DNA from: Lytechinus pictus
Lineage: Eukaryota
Assembly (NCBI RefSeq): GCF_037042905.1
Contig: NC_087262.1
Location: 20,832,001 to 20,896,000, forward strand
Length of the DNA stretch: 64,000 bases
Reading direction: 5' to 3'
Shown here: piece by piece, positions 13,114-26,557 of the stretch
Numbering within the stretch: the stretch's first letter is position 1
Layout: the number at the start of each line of letters is the position of its first letter
Notes under the pieces: generated by a model
What the model was told of the DNA's origin: nothing
Databases searched by the model: none
Seen by the model: only the letters and a program-made list of their open reading frames with translations
Position numbers and translations under genes: made by a program

Positions 13114-14181
13114 TGAAGAAATCTGCCTGGGGAGCATTTCATAAAACTATTAGGCTGTTATAAACTACTGAAACCCTTGCATCTGATTTGCTGAGAGCAA
13201 AGTGGTCTGTGATATGCACTGACAATAACCTTCCTGAAATGCTCCACTGAAGGGTATGATTTGTTAGTATTTAAGTCTAGTGCCTTACCTATTACACAAA
13301 CCTTTATATTTAATTGCAAATAAGTATAAGCAAAACAAAATCATTCCGATTGAATGCTGGTATTAAAGATTAGAGATTATTAAAGACATTTTGATAAATA
13401 TTTTATCAAAATGTGCATGTAACAACAATATATATGCTATTTTGCAATTGATTTTTTATAGATATTTGTGTAATTGGGCCCTGAATAATTTTTAGGGTAG
13501 GGCTAAGAATTGCTGTTCTGTCTTCATCTTACAGAAAATTATGTTCATGAATTAGCATTTTCAACCCCAAAAAGTGCCATACTAGTAATGCAAAAAAGTA
13601 TGGGGTATGACCTTAGCATCCCCCCCCCCACTTAGTTGGCATAAAATATTCAGAGCCATTTTTATGACTGATTGTTTTATAGACCCAAACTTGTGCTTCT
13701 TACAGAGCATATAGATATCGCAATGTACATAGTTAACCAATATAGGAGTAAGTACGAAAGCTAAGTGATAACATACATCTAACATCACCCTTCCCCACTA
13801 TTACTTTAAGAATTTTTATGCATCTTATGCTCATATCTTCATAGGGGTTTCGGGGGCAGATGTAGTTTTGACTTTAAATGTATAACATGTATGCCTCATT
13901 TAGGTAAATGTACATGTATATGAAGTGCAATTATAATAAAGAACAATATATTCACTGTATTTTTGTAATACATTTTCCCCCACTCCAGGTGAGTTTTTGT
14001 GGCATTTCATCATTTTTCTTGAAATATCTTGTGATGTAGGTATGCAATATTACTAAAGAAATCTATGCTATTACCATATTGTGTTGTTTTTTTGCATTTT
14101 GCGGTAAGGAACACTGCAGTTCATGTGATTATTTTAGTATTAACATTCAAACTTTCTACATACTGGTATCTTTCAAGTACA

Positions 14182-14994
14182 TTTGCTCAAATTCACAAAG
14201 GTGTTTTTTAAAACCATCGGTTGAACCCATGGTATATACAGGCTTCCTCTGTAAATTACGCTTAATTTACCAGTATACTGAAAAGTGTCCGATAAAGATG
14301 CGCACTTTTGTCACAGTACGCTATTTTATTCTGGAGTCTTTTTTTTCATTAAAGGACAAATCCACCCTAACAAAAAGTTGATTTGAATAAAAAGAGAAAA
14401 ATCCAATAAGCATAACACTGAAAATTTCATCTAATTCGGATGTAAAATAAGAAAGTTATGACATTTTAAAGTTTTGCTTAATTTCACAAAACAGTCATTT
14501 GCACATCCTGGCTGGTATGCAAACGAGGAGACTATTAGGTCATCCACTCACTATTTCTTTTGTATTTTATTATGTGAAATATAAAATATTCTAATTTTCT
14601 CCTCATTGTCAAGTGATACAATGATTAATTCCTCCCTGAACAAGTGGAAATGGCATTGTTTAATACTATATGTTTCAGTCAAGTTGGCCCTTATTGTCAA
14701 ATCTGTAAAAAACGAAATATTGTATAATTCGAACAATAAAAAACAAAAGAAATAGTGAGTGATGGACATCATCGACTGACTCACCTCGTTGTGCATATCA
14801 CTGTTTTGTGAAAAATAAGCGAAACTTTAAAATGTCATAACTTTCTTATTTTACATCTGATTTTGATGAAATTTTCAGCACTATGCTAGTTTGATTTTTC
14901 TCTATTTATTAAAATCAGCATTTTGGGGGTGGACTTGACCTTTAATTAGTCCATTGTACAAAACAGTACAAAACCACCTTTGTGAATTTGGGCC
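14182..14994. mobile_element. Short MITE interrupted by a second MITE
   Basis: GCTCAAATTCACAAAGGTGTTTT ... AAAACCACCTTTGTGAATTTGGGC inverted ends enclose the 14353-14941 element. Confidence 0.7.
14353..14941. mobile_element. ~590-bp MITE, TTAA TSD, AGG...CCT termini (Kolobok-like)
   Basis: TTAA|AGGACAAATCCACCC ... GGGTGGACTTGACCT|TTAA, long imperfect TIRs; three more copies at 53464-55425. Confidence 0.9.
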
Positions 14995-17842
14995 ATTATG
15001 ATTTTGTACATGTACCTTGCATACAACGCAAATTGCCATCATGGAGGAGATTTTCCATTGTATGGGAGGCCTTTAATTGCAACATTCGGAGAGCAAAGTC
15101 ACTTTTCAAAAGGGCACATTTTTATATTACAGTGAAATGGGAAACATGAAAAGGATGTATGCAAAATAACCAACTTATTGCCAGGGTGATCTTATCATCT
15201 TCCCCTGGTATGAGATCATGATAATCACTGGGTACAATAACTCTCCTTTCTCACATTGGATAATTTCAATTGGTGCTATTAGAGTGATGGCTGAGTAAGT
15301 AATAAAGCTAACGTGCTTGCCAAAATGTTAAAGAACAAATAAGTGCCTTGAGCATAATGTGTATATGCATGTGGTAGAATTGATAATATTGAAATTTATC
15401 TTCTTTTTTTTTTCTTTTTTTGTACAGTTTTACCTTTTTGTGTGTAAATGTATAAATGTACAATTTATTCCCTTACATGAATACTTGGATGTGAATTTGT
15501 TTTTCTTTTGGATGTATAATGTTCTGGAAACAGTATACATGTATACTTCATAATTCCTCTGCAGAGCTGTCAACTCCATTTAGGCCAGATAAAGCTGAAC
15601 TTGGGCCCGTTTTGTGTACGTCAGCAAGGAATCGGGGTCTACCATTGTTTGAGTTAAACCCAGTTCAGAATTCGGGCCACTGGGTTTGCAAATTGGCAGT
15701 GGAAACCTAGTATTATTGAGCAATTAACCAACTTAGAATTTATTTCAAAATTTCACTTCCATTTTCATGGGTGTCTATAATTTCTCAACCTGTGTTTTGG
15801 TGAATTTTAAAGTCTTCCAAGCATGTACTGTCTGTGCAATCCATATTACTGTAGCAAATGAACTGTGTACATTTTTGTATGATGTAAGAGTCAAAGGAAC
15901 AATTTTTATATGATCAGTCAACAGTTTTATTTTTTGTAGTTTTTATTATGGTTTCATATAAAATTGACAGCAATGCCCATTATTAGAGCAAAAATAGTGA
16001 AATGGCTTTGATGCTATGTAACTGAGCATACCATTATTTTTTAATATTCCTTTATTGGATCTTAATTTTTGCCTGCCCAATATTGGAACTTGCTCCGTCG
16101 TTACGCTCAGAAGCCTAAAATTTGAGCACTTAATTTTGAAGAAAATCATGCTTTTTAGTTTTGTTTATTCGGGCTGAGCGATAGTTTCATAACTTTTAAG
16201 TTATTTAGTTTCTTACCTATGGAGTGTAGTAATAAAATGCAAAAGCAAAATGAAATATTGGTATTTATACATTTTTTTACGATGTTAAAAACAATATTTT
16301 TACATATATATCACCTCTTTATTGATAAATGAATCATATTGTTCATCAACATAAACCTGCGTTTTTAGGTAACAAGATATATGGCAACATATAGATATGA
16401 ATATAACAGTGTGAAACAAAATATGCAAGAAGCAGAAGTATATACACAAACATACAAACAAAAAACATTAAGTGTGCATTTTGGTAAATAAATGATGAGA
16501 AACAAGTATATACCATTCATTGAGTGATTAAGATATTGAGCAAGTGTAACATTTGATATAAATCATCAATATAAGGTATATCAATTTGAGTATGTTTCTA
16601 CAAATTGGTAATACATGTAAATCTAACTAACCAGTAGAAAGTACATTGTGAGGTATATAAAACAGGCATTCTGCAGATACAATAGAAAGGGGAGGAAATA
16701 GAGAAAGAGAGTGGCGGGAGATCAGTGAAGAGAGCAGGGACGTAGCTAGATGGGGGGGGGGGTATGGGGATGTGACACTCCCCCTAACACCAATGGCAGT
16801 CGGCAAATTTATATACCAGTTGGCAAAATGGAGAATAGGGAGAAAAAGAGAAGGAAAAGAAAGGGAGAGTTTCAAAGAAGGTTTCATGTAGACTTATATA
16901 GAGTAAAGACTACCAGTTGGCAAATCCAAATTCATGTAGGCAGGCTTAGGGCCCTATACCAATCAGCAAAATACAAAGAAGAAAAAAGATGGAGCCATAA
17001 AATACAAAGTATAAGCCATAAAAACTCACGAGTTTTCAAAATTATACCACAATTATTGACAATTTCACAAACACAATAGTTTTGCAAAATGTGGAGAGGC
17101 AAGACTAGGTAAATTGAAGAATATGGGGTGTGGTGAATTTCCAAAGTTGAAGTTAAATAATTAAAGCCATAGTAAAGTTGGCAAATTATGGAGTAGGCAT
17201 ATTATTAAAGTGGCAAAACACTAGGCTCTACCAGTCGGTAAAGTGCTGTAAAATTCACTTTTATTCACATATCGGTGCCTTTGCATTGCAGTTCCAACTT
17301 TTTCAATCCTACAACACTAATACATTCTTCTATTTACCGTTATTGTTATCATTTATTATCATTGTTATTAGTATTGTTTTTGTTATCATTATTGTTCTAC
17401 TATCCGCCTATCATTTATATCTCCATCCATCGGGCCATCCATCTATCTATATTATATTTATCTGTCTAAATATATATGTCTATCTGTCTGTCTATTTATC
17501 TTTCAATCTAATATCTACTCATCTGTTTAAATAATTATATCTGTTTAACTATTTTTCTATCTACGACAGACCACCTAATTCGTCTCTTCCTCTTGCATTT
17601 TCCTTCTTTCTTTTCTTCTTTTTCTTTCTGTCTTTTCCCCTTCTCTCACCATCGATTTAGAGACACAACATTCCTTTCACGGACCGTTATGTCTCTAAAG
17701 TATAATTTTATGTAGTATTTATCCCATTACTATGTAATGTGATTGTACATATTTTGTAAATACTTTGTAAATATAATTGTTTATGAAATGATTTTGAATA
17801 TGTAATGTTCTATGATAGTGTCCCCAATACCCGAATTAGGGT

Positions 17843-17883
17843 GACATGGGTCAAATATAGTTTTTCTATATTTGACCCATGTC
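17843..17883. repeat. Perfect 18-bp inverted repeat with 5-nt loop
   Basis: GACATGGGTCAAATATAG-TTTTT-CTATATTTGACCCATGTC. Confidence 0.95.
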
Positions 17884-19394
17884 GATTCCCTCTAAATTTC
17901 AGATTTAAATCATTTAATTTAATGTTATGATCATTTATTTTCGCGATAGCCATGATTGCTTGGGCAATTTGTCATTGTATTTTATTATTTGTCACTTGAA
18001 TGTATTTTCCGCGCAATATAATTATTAAACAAGTCACTATAGAAATTAAATAAACAGCATGCGCTTTCATTAGTTCGCAAGCATAAAAAATTTCAGCATG
18101 TGGGTTAATTATCTCTGCAAAACATTCTTCAAGTGAATCACTTGAACTTTTACAAAGAGCATGCAATTTAAGAAATGGGCATTCAAAATCAGATGTTGCA
18201 TGGCGTGGCAGCTGTTTAGTCAAATTAATTCACGTATGTATATAGGTAAGCATAGGACAACTCATTTAAGAAAATTTTTGTTGATTATTCTGCGATTGCG
18301 TTTCATGTAAAGACCTACTTTTCCTGTTAGTAATATTTGAAATAATGTTATGAAATGTACTAGAATAATTTTTATTCAAGAATAAAGGCACCGGTTGATG
18401 CTATGCATGGAGCCACCCCTTAAAAATCCGCCTGCATGCTTGACATAGTTACAGAGGATCACCCATGAATTGAATAAAGTTGAAAATATGTATGAAAGGG
18501 ACATGCCAGTGGCGGATTCACTTTCGACTGAGAGGCACAATTTTTTTTACTGGAATGTGTCATGCATAGGCGACTAGGGATCTTTTTTTTTTAGTTGTCA
18601 ATATTTTCCTTACAAAATGCCCCCCCCCCCCCCTTGAAAAATCATTGATCCGCCCTTGGGACTTGTAAAAACGTTGAAAAGAACAAGAAAGAAGAGAGCA
18701 AGCATTAATGAAAATGCTCACATTATAGCCAGCATTGTCGGGTAAAAAGGAAAAATATAGTATTGCCCTTAAAACCTTTGTAAACAAAACGTTAAAAAAA
18801 ATGCAAAAATTTGTTTTAAAGCTGAAAACTAAGGAAATTGTAGAAATTCAAATTTAGCAGTAAATGGATAAAAATTATAATTTATTATAGATATGTTTAT
18901 ACATTTACAAATTAGATAAAGATGCCATGCAAAACAAACGAATTACACATCATTAATTTGAAATTTCAAAAATGAAATTGGTTGCTCAAGCAATCCCATC
19001 GGTCATTGTTGATTAAATTGAATGCACAATTCCTGAATTTCATTGCCCAACATTTTGAATTTAAAAGTACATTCGCTAACTTGTAATACCATTAAAGAAC
19101 CTCTTTGCCTTAGAACGAAAACAAAAGCACGTGACAAAGAAATGATCACATTTGAGATAGTCTTGTCCCAAAATTTATTGAAATTATTATAAATGAATTC
19201 TAGTGTCTTTAAATAAAACCCATTGTTTTATTTTGAAATTTGAATGACCGATATCTCCGGAAAAACGATGACGCGTGAATTTAAATGCACATTAATAAAT
19301 TTAAGTGACTCCTATATGAAATTTGACAGGAAAACCAATAAAATCATTGTCATTGTCAGGTTGGCAAATGTAGCTGGTACACCCCCCCCCCTAC

Positions 19395-19681
19395 CAGGGG
19401 CGTACCTGGGATTTTTCACAGGGGGGGGCAAAACCGTCCGCCAAAAAAATTTGACAAGCAAAAAAAAAAAAAAAAAAAAAAGGTCTTCAATCACAAATGA
19501 AGGATTTTGTACCAGAAAAAAATTTGACAAGCAAAAAAAAAAAAAAAAAGGTCTTCAAGCTCGTCAGGAGGGCAATAAAGGTCTTCAAGCTCGTCAGGGG
19601 GGGCAGGTATATGACTTTTGTATGGGATGTGGCTCGTCAGGGGGGGAAGAGTGCCCCCCCTGCCCCGGAGGTACGCTAGTG
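19395..19681. mobile_element. hAT-like MITE with 8-bp TSD
   Basis: CAGGGGCGTACCT...AGGTACGCTAGTG ends; CCCCCTAC at 19387-19394 and 19682-19689; internal duplicated poly-A modules. Confidence 0.82.
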
Positions 19682-20330
19682 CCCCCTACAAAATACTTCT
19701 GGCTACGGCCAGGGCCGCGGCCCTGCCTGTTGGTTTTTTTGTCATTGTGTAAATAGTAAGATTTTACCTTTTATTATCGTATTAAATTCTATACATATCA
19801 AGGACCCCGCTGGAAATAAGCTTTTTAGCTTCCGTGTGTTATCCTGTTCAAGCCTGTACAGTTGTTTTTAATATGCTACCGTATACAAGTTACGGAGACT
19901 TGCCAAAATCAATCAATCAATTTTAATATGCCTATAGGTCACTCAGTTCAGATGATATCTAAAAGGCAGAATCTGTTTTTTTTTCAATCAATATATAGAC
20001 CTTTAAAAGTTACCTTTCCATCTTGTTTTATATACTTTCTAATACAAAGTTGTTCATTTCAGACAGTAAACTGTGTTTTTTATTGATAATTTTTATGAAT
20101 ATGACGATATTTCAGGTATTATAATATAAATCCAAAAAAAGATATCGTTTTAGGGATATATATATATTTTTTTTATTATAAGGAAAATACGGCCAGTTAA
20201 GTATGCATGGTATATGCCTTTTCAAAGATACCATACTCTGCTCACAAGCCTGGCCCTGGGTAACTATCTCTCTTTTTATCCACTCTCTCTTGGTAATGTG
20301 ATATCCTGACGAATTGGCTTACCAGAAAAG

Positions 20331-20479
20331 ATGGGTAGAGATAAAGAAATCTGGAGGATGAACTCAAAAGCTTGTAGGAAATATATGAACTGCCTTTCCT
20401 ACTCCATATTACCGGTAACTGGTGCAATTAGTCACACGGCGTTTGCGGTACATATTTTGGATCGCTCACTTTTGGAAGG
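20331..20479 (+). CDS. Uncharacterised multi-pass membrane protein, exon 1 (not in the ORF track)
   Basis: ATG at 20331 reads MGRDKEIWRMNSKACRKYMNCLSYSILPVTGAISHTAFAVHILDRSLLEG, then consensus donor GG|GTAAGT (phase 2). Confidence 0.8.
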
Positions 20480-20979
20480 GTAAGTTCGAAGGTGATACCA
20501 TCGGGACGGTACGGCTGCAGTGCTAGTGACGCATCGGTAGCGATACGTCTGGGCAGTAGCTAGTGGGCGTGGTCGCCGGTCGTGTTTAATTCTGAAACTG
20601 AGTGGAAGTGCAAGTGTGAAGTTTGTAATTGTATGTAGGCAAATCAAATTTGTAATGATCAAAAGCAAACAACGTTTTGAAGGATTTCTAGCCATAATTA
20701 TTGCATGCAACTACCCCCAAATTCCCTTGCATTGGTAAGAGAATGTTAACTTAAACTTGACCCCTGCCCCTGGCCCTGCCAGTGCCAGAAAATTGAAAGT
20801 AAATTTTGACAGTAAAACCAGGCCAGAGGCCTAGGCTAGGGCTAGAGGCTAGAGTAACTAACAAATAACAGATCTAGAGATCATTCAAACATTAGGCCTA
20901 AATATCGACCTGGTCTTTGAGATTCACAGGGCATTCCAAGCTAAAAATAATATCTCTATTTTCATAATAGCATAGAGTA

Positions 20980-22610
20980 CCGTAAGTAACGGTGTATGTA
21001 TTAACCGCACCCGTGTATTAACTGCACCCCCCATTTTCGGATGAAAAAAAAAAAAAAATCATCCAAATAAGTCATCAAACTGACTTTCTATCTCTAATAT
21101 GCGTATTTAAGAAAGAGTCAAGAACCAAAAATGTAAAAAAAAAAATATCAAAGTACCGGTATTACTGGTAAAAAAAATGATGGGAAATCAGCGCTTTGTC
21201 ACTTATCTGCAAATTGCCGACATTATTGGCCAACTACACACTCGCCTCACACACACACATATGGTACCGGTGTTCATTGCAAGTACCGATACCAGCATCA
21301 ACATGGGGGCTCACCCATTCGAGAAGATCGTTCATACCATATTTCCTGCATCACAGCCCCACTTTTGCTTTCAGAATTCTGTCTAGCATTCAATGTCTTG
21401 ACATGAATTTCAGACACGGAAATATGAGAAGGTTCAAGATACGAGAAATTTGCGATTTTGTTCAGGTGTTTTTCTTGTCTGCTTTGAACCACTACCGGTA
21501 GTTCTCAGTACGTGTGTGGCCGTATCTTACAGACAGCAAATAGGAAAAAAAATGCTAGTACCGGTATACCGTATTTTCAATGGGAGCTCTGGGCGGGAAT
21601 AAAATGAATAATAATAATTTTAAAAAATAAAAAGTCGGAAGGAATGAAGACGGGGATTGAAGATTGATTTTAAGATGATGGATGATAGAGAGAAATGAAG
21701 GATAGGCAAATGAAAGAAATTGGAGTTTAAATCACAGAGAAAAAAGGTAATGTGGGGAAATGAGAAAGAGAAGAAATTTAAGAGCAAGAATGAGATGAAG
21801 AGAGATAGGAGTTCGAGATAAATAATTTTTCTTTCTTTCTTGCATATGAAGAAAAAAAATGAAAAATAAGGAAATGAATGAAAGAATAAAGAGGAAAATT
21901 ATAGATTGATTTTAATATGAGGAATGACAAAGAAAAAAAATGTTCGTTCATAACACCATTAGGCCTTCTTTTTCTGTTCCAAAATTTGCTTAATGCGTGA
22001 CAGAAAACATCAAAATAATAATACAGGTAATCAATGAATGAGTCAAATTGAAATTATGACATGAATTTCATGAAACTTTCTTCCGTTTACCTCCCTCCTC
22101 ATGGCACAAAATTGTCAAATAATACCAATAATTTGTCAAACATTATAACAGCCACGGAAAGGTAAAGCGCCAGCTTACGTTGACGTTGCGATAAACATTA
22201 CATATATGCGTGTCTTATTCGGCTAGCCGCACCGTGCTTTTCGGTCGATTGTCGATTAGCGTCTGAACTTTGCCGCGTTGACTAATAAATGACAAAGACA
22301 AAGTCACACCATTCAAAATGTCAGTTTCATGAAGGTAGGTGCGTTTGTTACCTTAATCTAACTTTGAGGGACATTTACGGTAGATACCGGTAGTCATAGT
22401 TGCTTCCCTTTTACACCCGCGGCTCATGCCCCTCTAAACAGCATTGCCCCAAGCGGCTACGCTCATCCACCCAACGCGAGTTGTAAACTGGTAGTGGTAT
22501 CGGGCCGAGATTGGCTTGGCTCAGACCTATCACCGTGTATAAACCGCACCCCCGACTTTTGATTCTGTCCCGCCGAGAAAAAGGTGCAGTTAATACACCG
22601 TTACTTACGG
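20980..22610. mobile_element. 1.6-kb non-autonomous Tc1/mariner-pogo-type DNA transposon in the intron
   Basis: TA|CCGTAAGTAACGGTGTA(TGTA)TTAACCGCACC ... GGTGCAGTTAATACACCGTTACTTACGG|TA; subterminal GTGTATWAMCYGCACCCC repeats; no transposase ORF. Confidence 0.9.
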
Positions 22611-22853
22611 TAATATTAAAAGAGAAAATGCTGTGAAGCTTCAAATCTGACAGAAAATGAGGTAAATGAAGTTTAAAGTTCGGAAATATTTTTTTGTGAA
22701 CAACTATGTTTGTATTCATGTTATCGTGAATATGCAATAGGTGGGCTGATGATAAAAAATCAAATATTTAAAGTTTTTTTCCAGTAGGCCCTATAACATG
22801 TTTTTTTATTCCTCATGGAAATGTTAAATCAATTTTTTTGTTGTCTTTTTCAG

Positions 22854-23220
22854 GTGTTTTCCGAAATGGCATCTAGGTGTTGCAAATGGTCTGTTATTCA
22901 ATGCTCACTTGGGTGTAGGACTCTACATCTACAGCAGACCTTGCCTAAGGACAGCTAGCGTCTCCCACCGAGTACTCTTTGGTCTCTACGGCAGTGCCAT
23001 GTTTAATTTCGGATCTGTGCTTCTATTTGGAACTGGCAAACAAGTTCTTGTCGAAGACCGTTTGATAGGAAGCGTCTATGCCATATTCGCCAGTCTCTGT
23101 TTCCTCTGCGTGGGGAAATACTTCTTTGATTTCATGGACAGGCAAGTCGACATTACTGATGATGCTGACAACATTGACAATATCACTGAAACTGTTGTAG
23201 AAGAACTAAGTAGTGCATGA
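22854..23220 (+). CDS. Uncharacterised multi-pass membrane protein, exon 2
   Basis: Polypyrimidine + CAG acceptor in matching phase; CFPKWHLGVANGLLFNAHLGVGLYIYSRP...GSAMFNFGSVLLF...; hydrophobic segments and an acidic tail; 171 aa in total. Confidence 0.85.
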
Positions 23221-23467
23221 CATTTGGTTTTCATTGATTTTACTAGAAGCAGTACATTTACCTCTTCATTGGACTTCTATTCCAAAATGTATTCAGGATG
23301 ATATTACTTATTTCAGATAAAATGGTGCTGGTTTGAAAAAAAATATTATCAAAGGTTCATTAGCTTCACCCCCATTGAAATCGAATGCTTCAGACACTTT
23401 CAAGATATGTCTTAAATCAGATTTTGGAGTTAATATTTTCTTATGGTTAGCTGAAACTTATACTGTA

Positions 23468-23710
23468 GGGGAGATCGGGTTAGTTGGAACGCGGGGTAAG
23501 TTGAAACATTGTAATTTTATTTAACGCCTGTAAAATAAATGTATGCAATACTGCCCACAATTTATTGCTATTAATCAGGGATGCCACTAGGTGTCCTCCA
23601 AAAATACTGAAACATATCGCGGGCCGGGATAGTGTCCAAGAAATTTTTTTTTTAGGGGGGTCCACCTTTAATTTTGGGATGGACATATGTCACAGGTAAA
23701 AAATTGGACA

Positions 23711-23741
<31 letters not shown>

Positions 23742-24608
23742 TTAGGAGGGGGGGGGGGGGTCCGCCCCCACCTCAAATTAGGGGAGGAGGGAGGACCAAG
23801 TGGTTTCTTACCTTGTTGTGATCGATGACTTTGAAGTCAATTAGGTTTGAAAAACTGACGGTAGTTAGTTGTGTGTTTCTCATAGAACGCTAGACCAAAA
23901 GCTTCAGTCTCTGTATTTTGGTTGTTCAGCTGAACCGCGAGAAAATATATAAAATTCAGAAACATTGTACCTTAGACCGCAGTTACCGCTAATTCCTTTC
24001 AAATGATGATCAAAACTTAGTCATCCTCGATTCCTTCGTTGGTCATCGTAAGTTGCCATCTTGGATGACGTCATCATCTGTACAGACGTATTTATCAGTC
24101 GCTATTATACCGCGATTCGTGCCGCTACTTTGTGCTTGTCTATGTGCGTGCGTTTGGAACTTGTCGCTCGCATTGATTGGCCAGGATATCGATAATTCTA
24201 ATCAGAAAGCCTTGATAAAAGCATAACTCAATGAACGTAGTAGGCAGTGCGCGCGTTTATAATTTATGTACTGTATAAAAGCAAATATCTCGGGGGAATA
24301 TCTCTCACTCGGTCGATCGACATGCATCGCAATCGGAAGAAATAGGGGGAAAAAAGGAGGACTTTCCGTTTTTTTTAATACACAGAAAACAGGAAAAGTC
24401 GGAAATACGGAAATAAGACAGATAGCAGGAAAAAAGCCGGAATTCCGTATAAATACGGAAAAGTGGCATCCCTGATTAATAATACAACACTGTTGTATTA
24501 TTAATAGCAATAAATTGAGGGCAGTATTGCATTAATTCATTTTACAGGCGTTAAAGAAAATTGCAATTTTTCAACTTACCCTGCGTACCAACTAACCCCG
24601 ATCTCCCC
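23468..24608. mobile_element. Palindromic MITE with TA TSD, interrupted by 23576-24474
   Basis: TA|GGGGAGATCGGGTTAGTTGG ... CCAACTAACCCCGATCTCCCC|TA; uninterrupted paralogue at 30051-30262. Confidence 0.9.
23576..24474. mobile_element. Non-autonomous DNA transposon, 13-bp TIR, 6-bp TSD
   Basis: ATTAAT|CAGGGATGCCACT ... AGTGGCATCCCTG|ATTAAT; the paralogous empty site near 30154 has a single ATTAAT. Confidence 0.92.
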
Positions 24609-25766
24609 TATGTAAGAATATGTAAAGGGTTGAAAAAAGTCTACAATTGTGGTTTGTGCTATTAAGTGGTCATGATATATTTAAACAAATCAATCAGAAC
24701 ATTGTGTGGTTCAATTGCAGTTTTGCTTCTAGTTAGATGCAAAAAGTTTCATGAACCTATATGATATTACTAATGCAAAGATCCAATAAATGGTGAAGGG
24801 GCCCATTGGGATTAAACATATATAACAAAACCAATCGCAAGTCCCAAATACATTTTTTTTATTGGTTGAGAATAAAGGCATATTTCATTTTTTTTTTTTT
24901 TATTCATTTTTTTCAGTTTCAATGATTGTAACTTTGTCCGCAATGGGCCCCATATGGGTTTAATAGATTTGATATATCCAAACAATTTTTGAAATAGGGC
25001 CTACAGTAATTTCTTGCAAGCTTGTCTTTTTCTCCTAACCAGTGGTCTTGAACCCTTTTTAAGATCATGAGATGCAAAAAATATCCTGCTTTGTTGGATG
25101 CTTTGCAATCTTTTTAATACCTTAACCTATTGTTAATCCACAATAAGGACACTTTAATATAATAATTGTATGTTTTATTGATATATCAATACAACTCGCA
25201 AGCACCTCAGGAATATTCTTTTTCATTCTAATTCTCAGAAGTATATATGTACATGTATTTGCTTTTATGTTTAAAGTGACATGATTATTATAATCTTCAC
25301 AGAATCACATATATTCTATAACATACTGAATCTGAATTATATAATCTTATTATCTCCTTTCATGAAGTCAAGTGACTGATTGGTGGTGTTCAAAGAAGCA
25401 TGTGGACTGAATTCACTTATGGAAAAATAAGTTGTATCTGAAATGAAAACAGTACTTTTTTCTTTATATTGCTATTCATGATTGTGCAGTAAATACCAAT
25501 ATGCTTTTTATTTTACTGGGTATTTTTATTGAAATTGCAAGTAAACTCATTTGATAAATAGAAATAGTCAAACTGTAATATATGATGTATGCACATTGCA
25601 CAAAGTATTTATGTTATATGGTTTATTTCAAAAGAGCTTTTGTTTGTGTTGAAATGGAATTTCAATAGAGTTTTAATAGAAATTTATATAACAGAATGAT
25701 TTTACTTCTTGAATTTAAGTGTCAGCTTAGGCTGGTGGAATATTTTTTTTTTTTAAATTCTGTCCT

Positions 25767-25934
25767 GGTGTTTCATAAAGCTGTTCGTAAGTTAAGAGCG
25801 ACTTTAAGAACGACTGGTGAACTGGTGAAATAATCACTAATGAACATAATGGTGAACCGTCACTTACCACAAGAAAGGATCACCAGTCGTTCTTAAAGTT
25901 GCTCTTAACTTACGAACAGCTTTATGAAACGGCC
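25767..25934. mobile_element. Short palindromic MITE (duplicate at 31400-31567)
   Basis: TTTCATAAAGCTGTTCGTAAGTTAAGAGCGACTTTAAGAACGACTGGTGA inverted at the other end. Confidence 0.85.
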
Positions 25935-26557
25935 TCCAGACCTACCATGTATATACCTGCTACAAAGAAGACACTGTGTAGCAGTTACTTTTTTTTAAAG
26001 TATAACAAATTGCAAAGCATTGTGAGGGAAATTGTTCCCTGATTATTTTACTAAGAAATAGTTTTACAAACTACTTGTACAATTATATGTATATGAAATC
26101 CAATATTGATATTCATTTTTAGTGTTAAAAGTGTTACATATTTTGGAATCATATCCTATTTCCATGACCATATGGCTGCCTACAACTGTGGATTATTTAC
26201 AGCAGCAATCGTACCAAAATTCATAGAATATCTGTAGATGCCATTGGAACATTTTAAAAAGTCTTAGTATACAGGAGTTTTTGAGTCGTATCTCCAAATG
26301 AAACAACAATATTGCTTGAATAAAATTGAAAACTGTATTCGAGTTGAGCATGGTTTATGTTATACATTGCAGTTTTGTAAAATGTGGTTATATTATTAAT
26401 TAAGCTGTCGTTTTCAAGAATTTGAAGTATCTTTTGAATGTGTATTTAACTAAATGATGCACATAGAATTAAAGGTAAAAGAAAGTAGTTGCAGCAAACA
26501 ATTTTTCATGAGAAAGTCTTTAAAATCAAGGTTAATTGCCACCGTATGATCATAGAT

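Noticed and set aside
19244-19756. 170-aa poly-Lys ORF
   Set aside because: Read-through of a MITE's poly-A and poly-G tracts.
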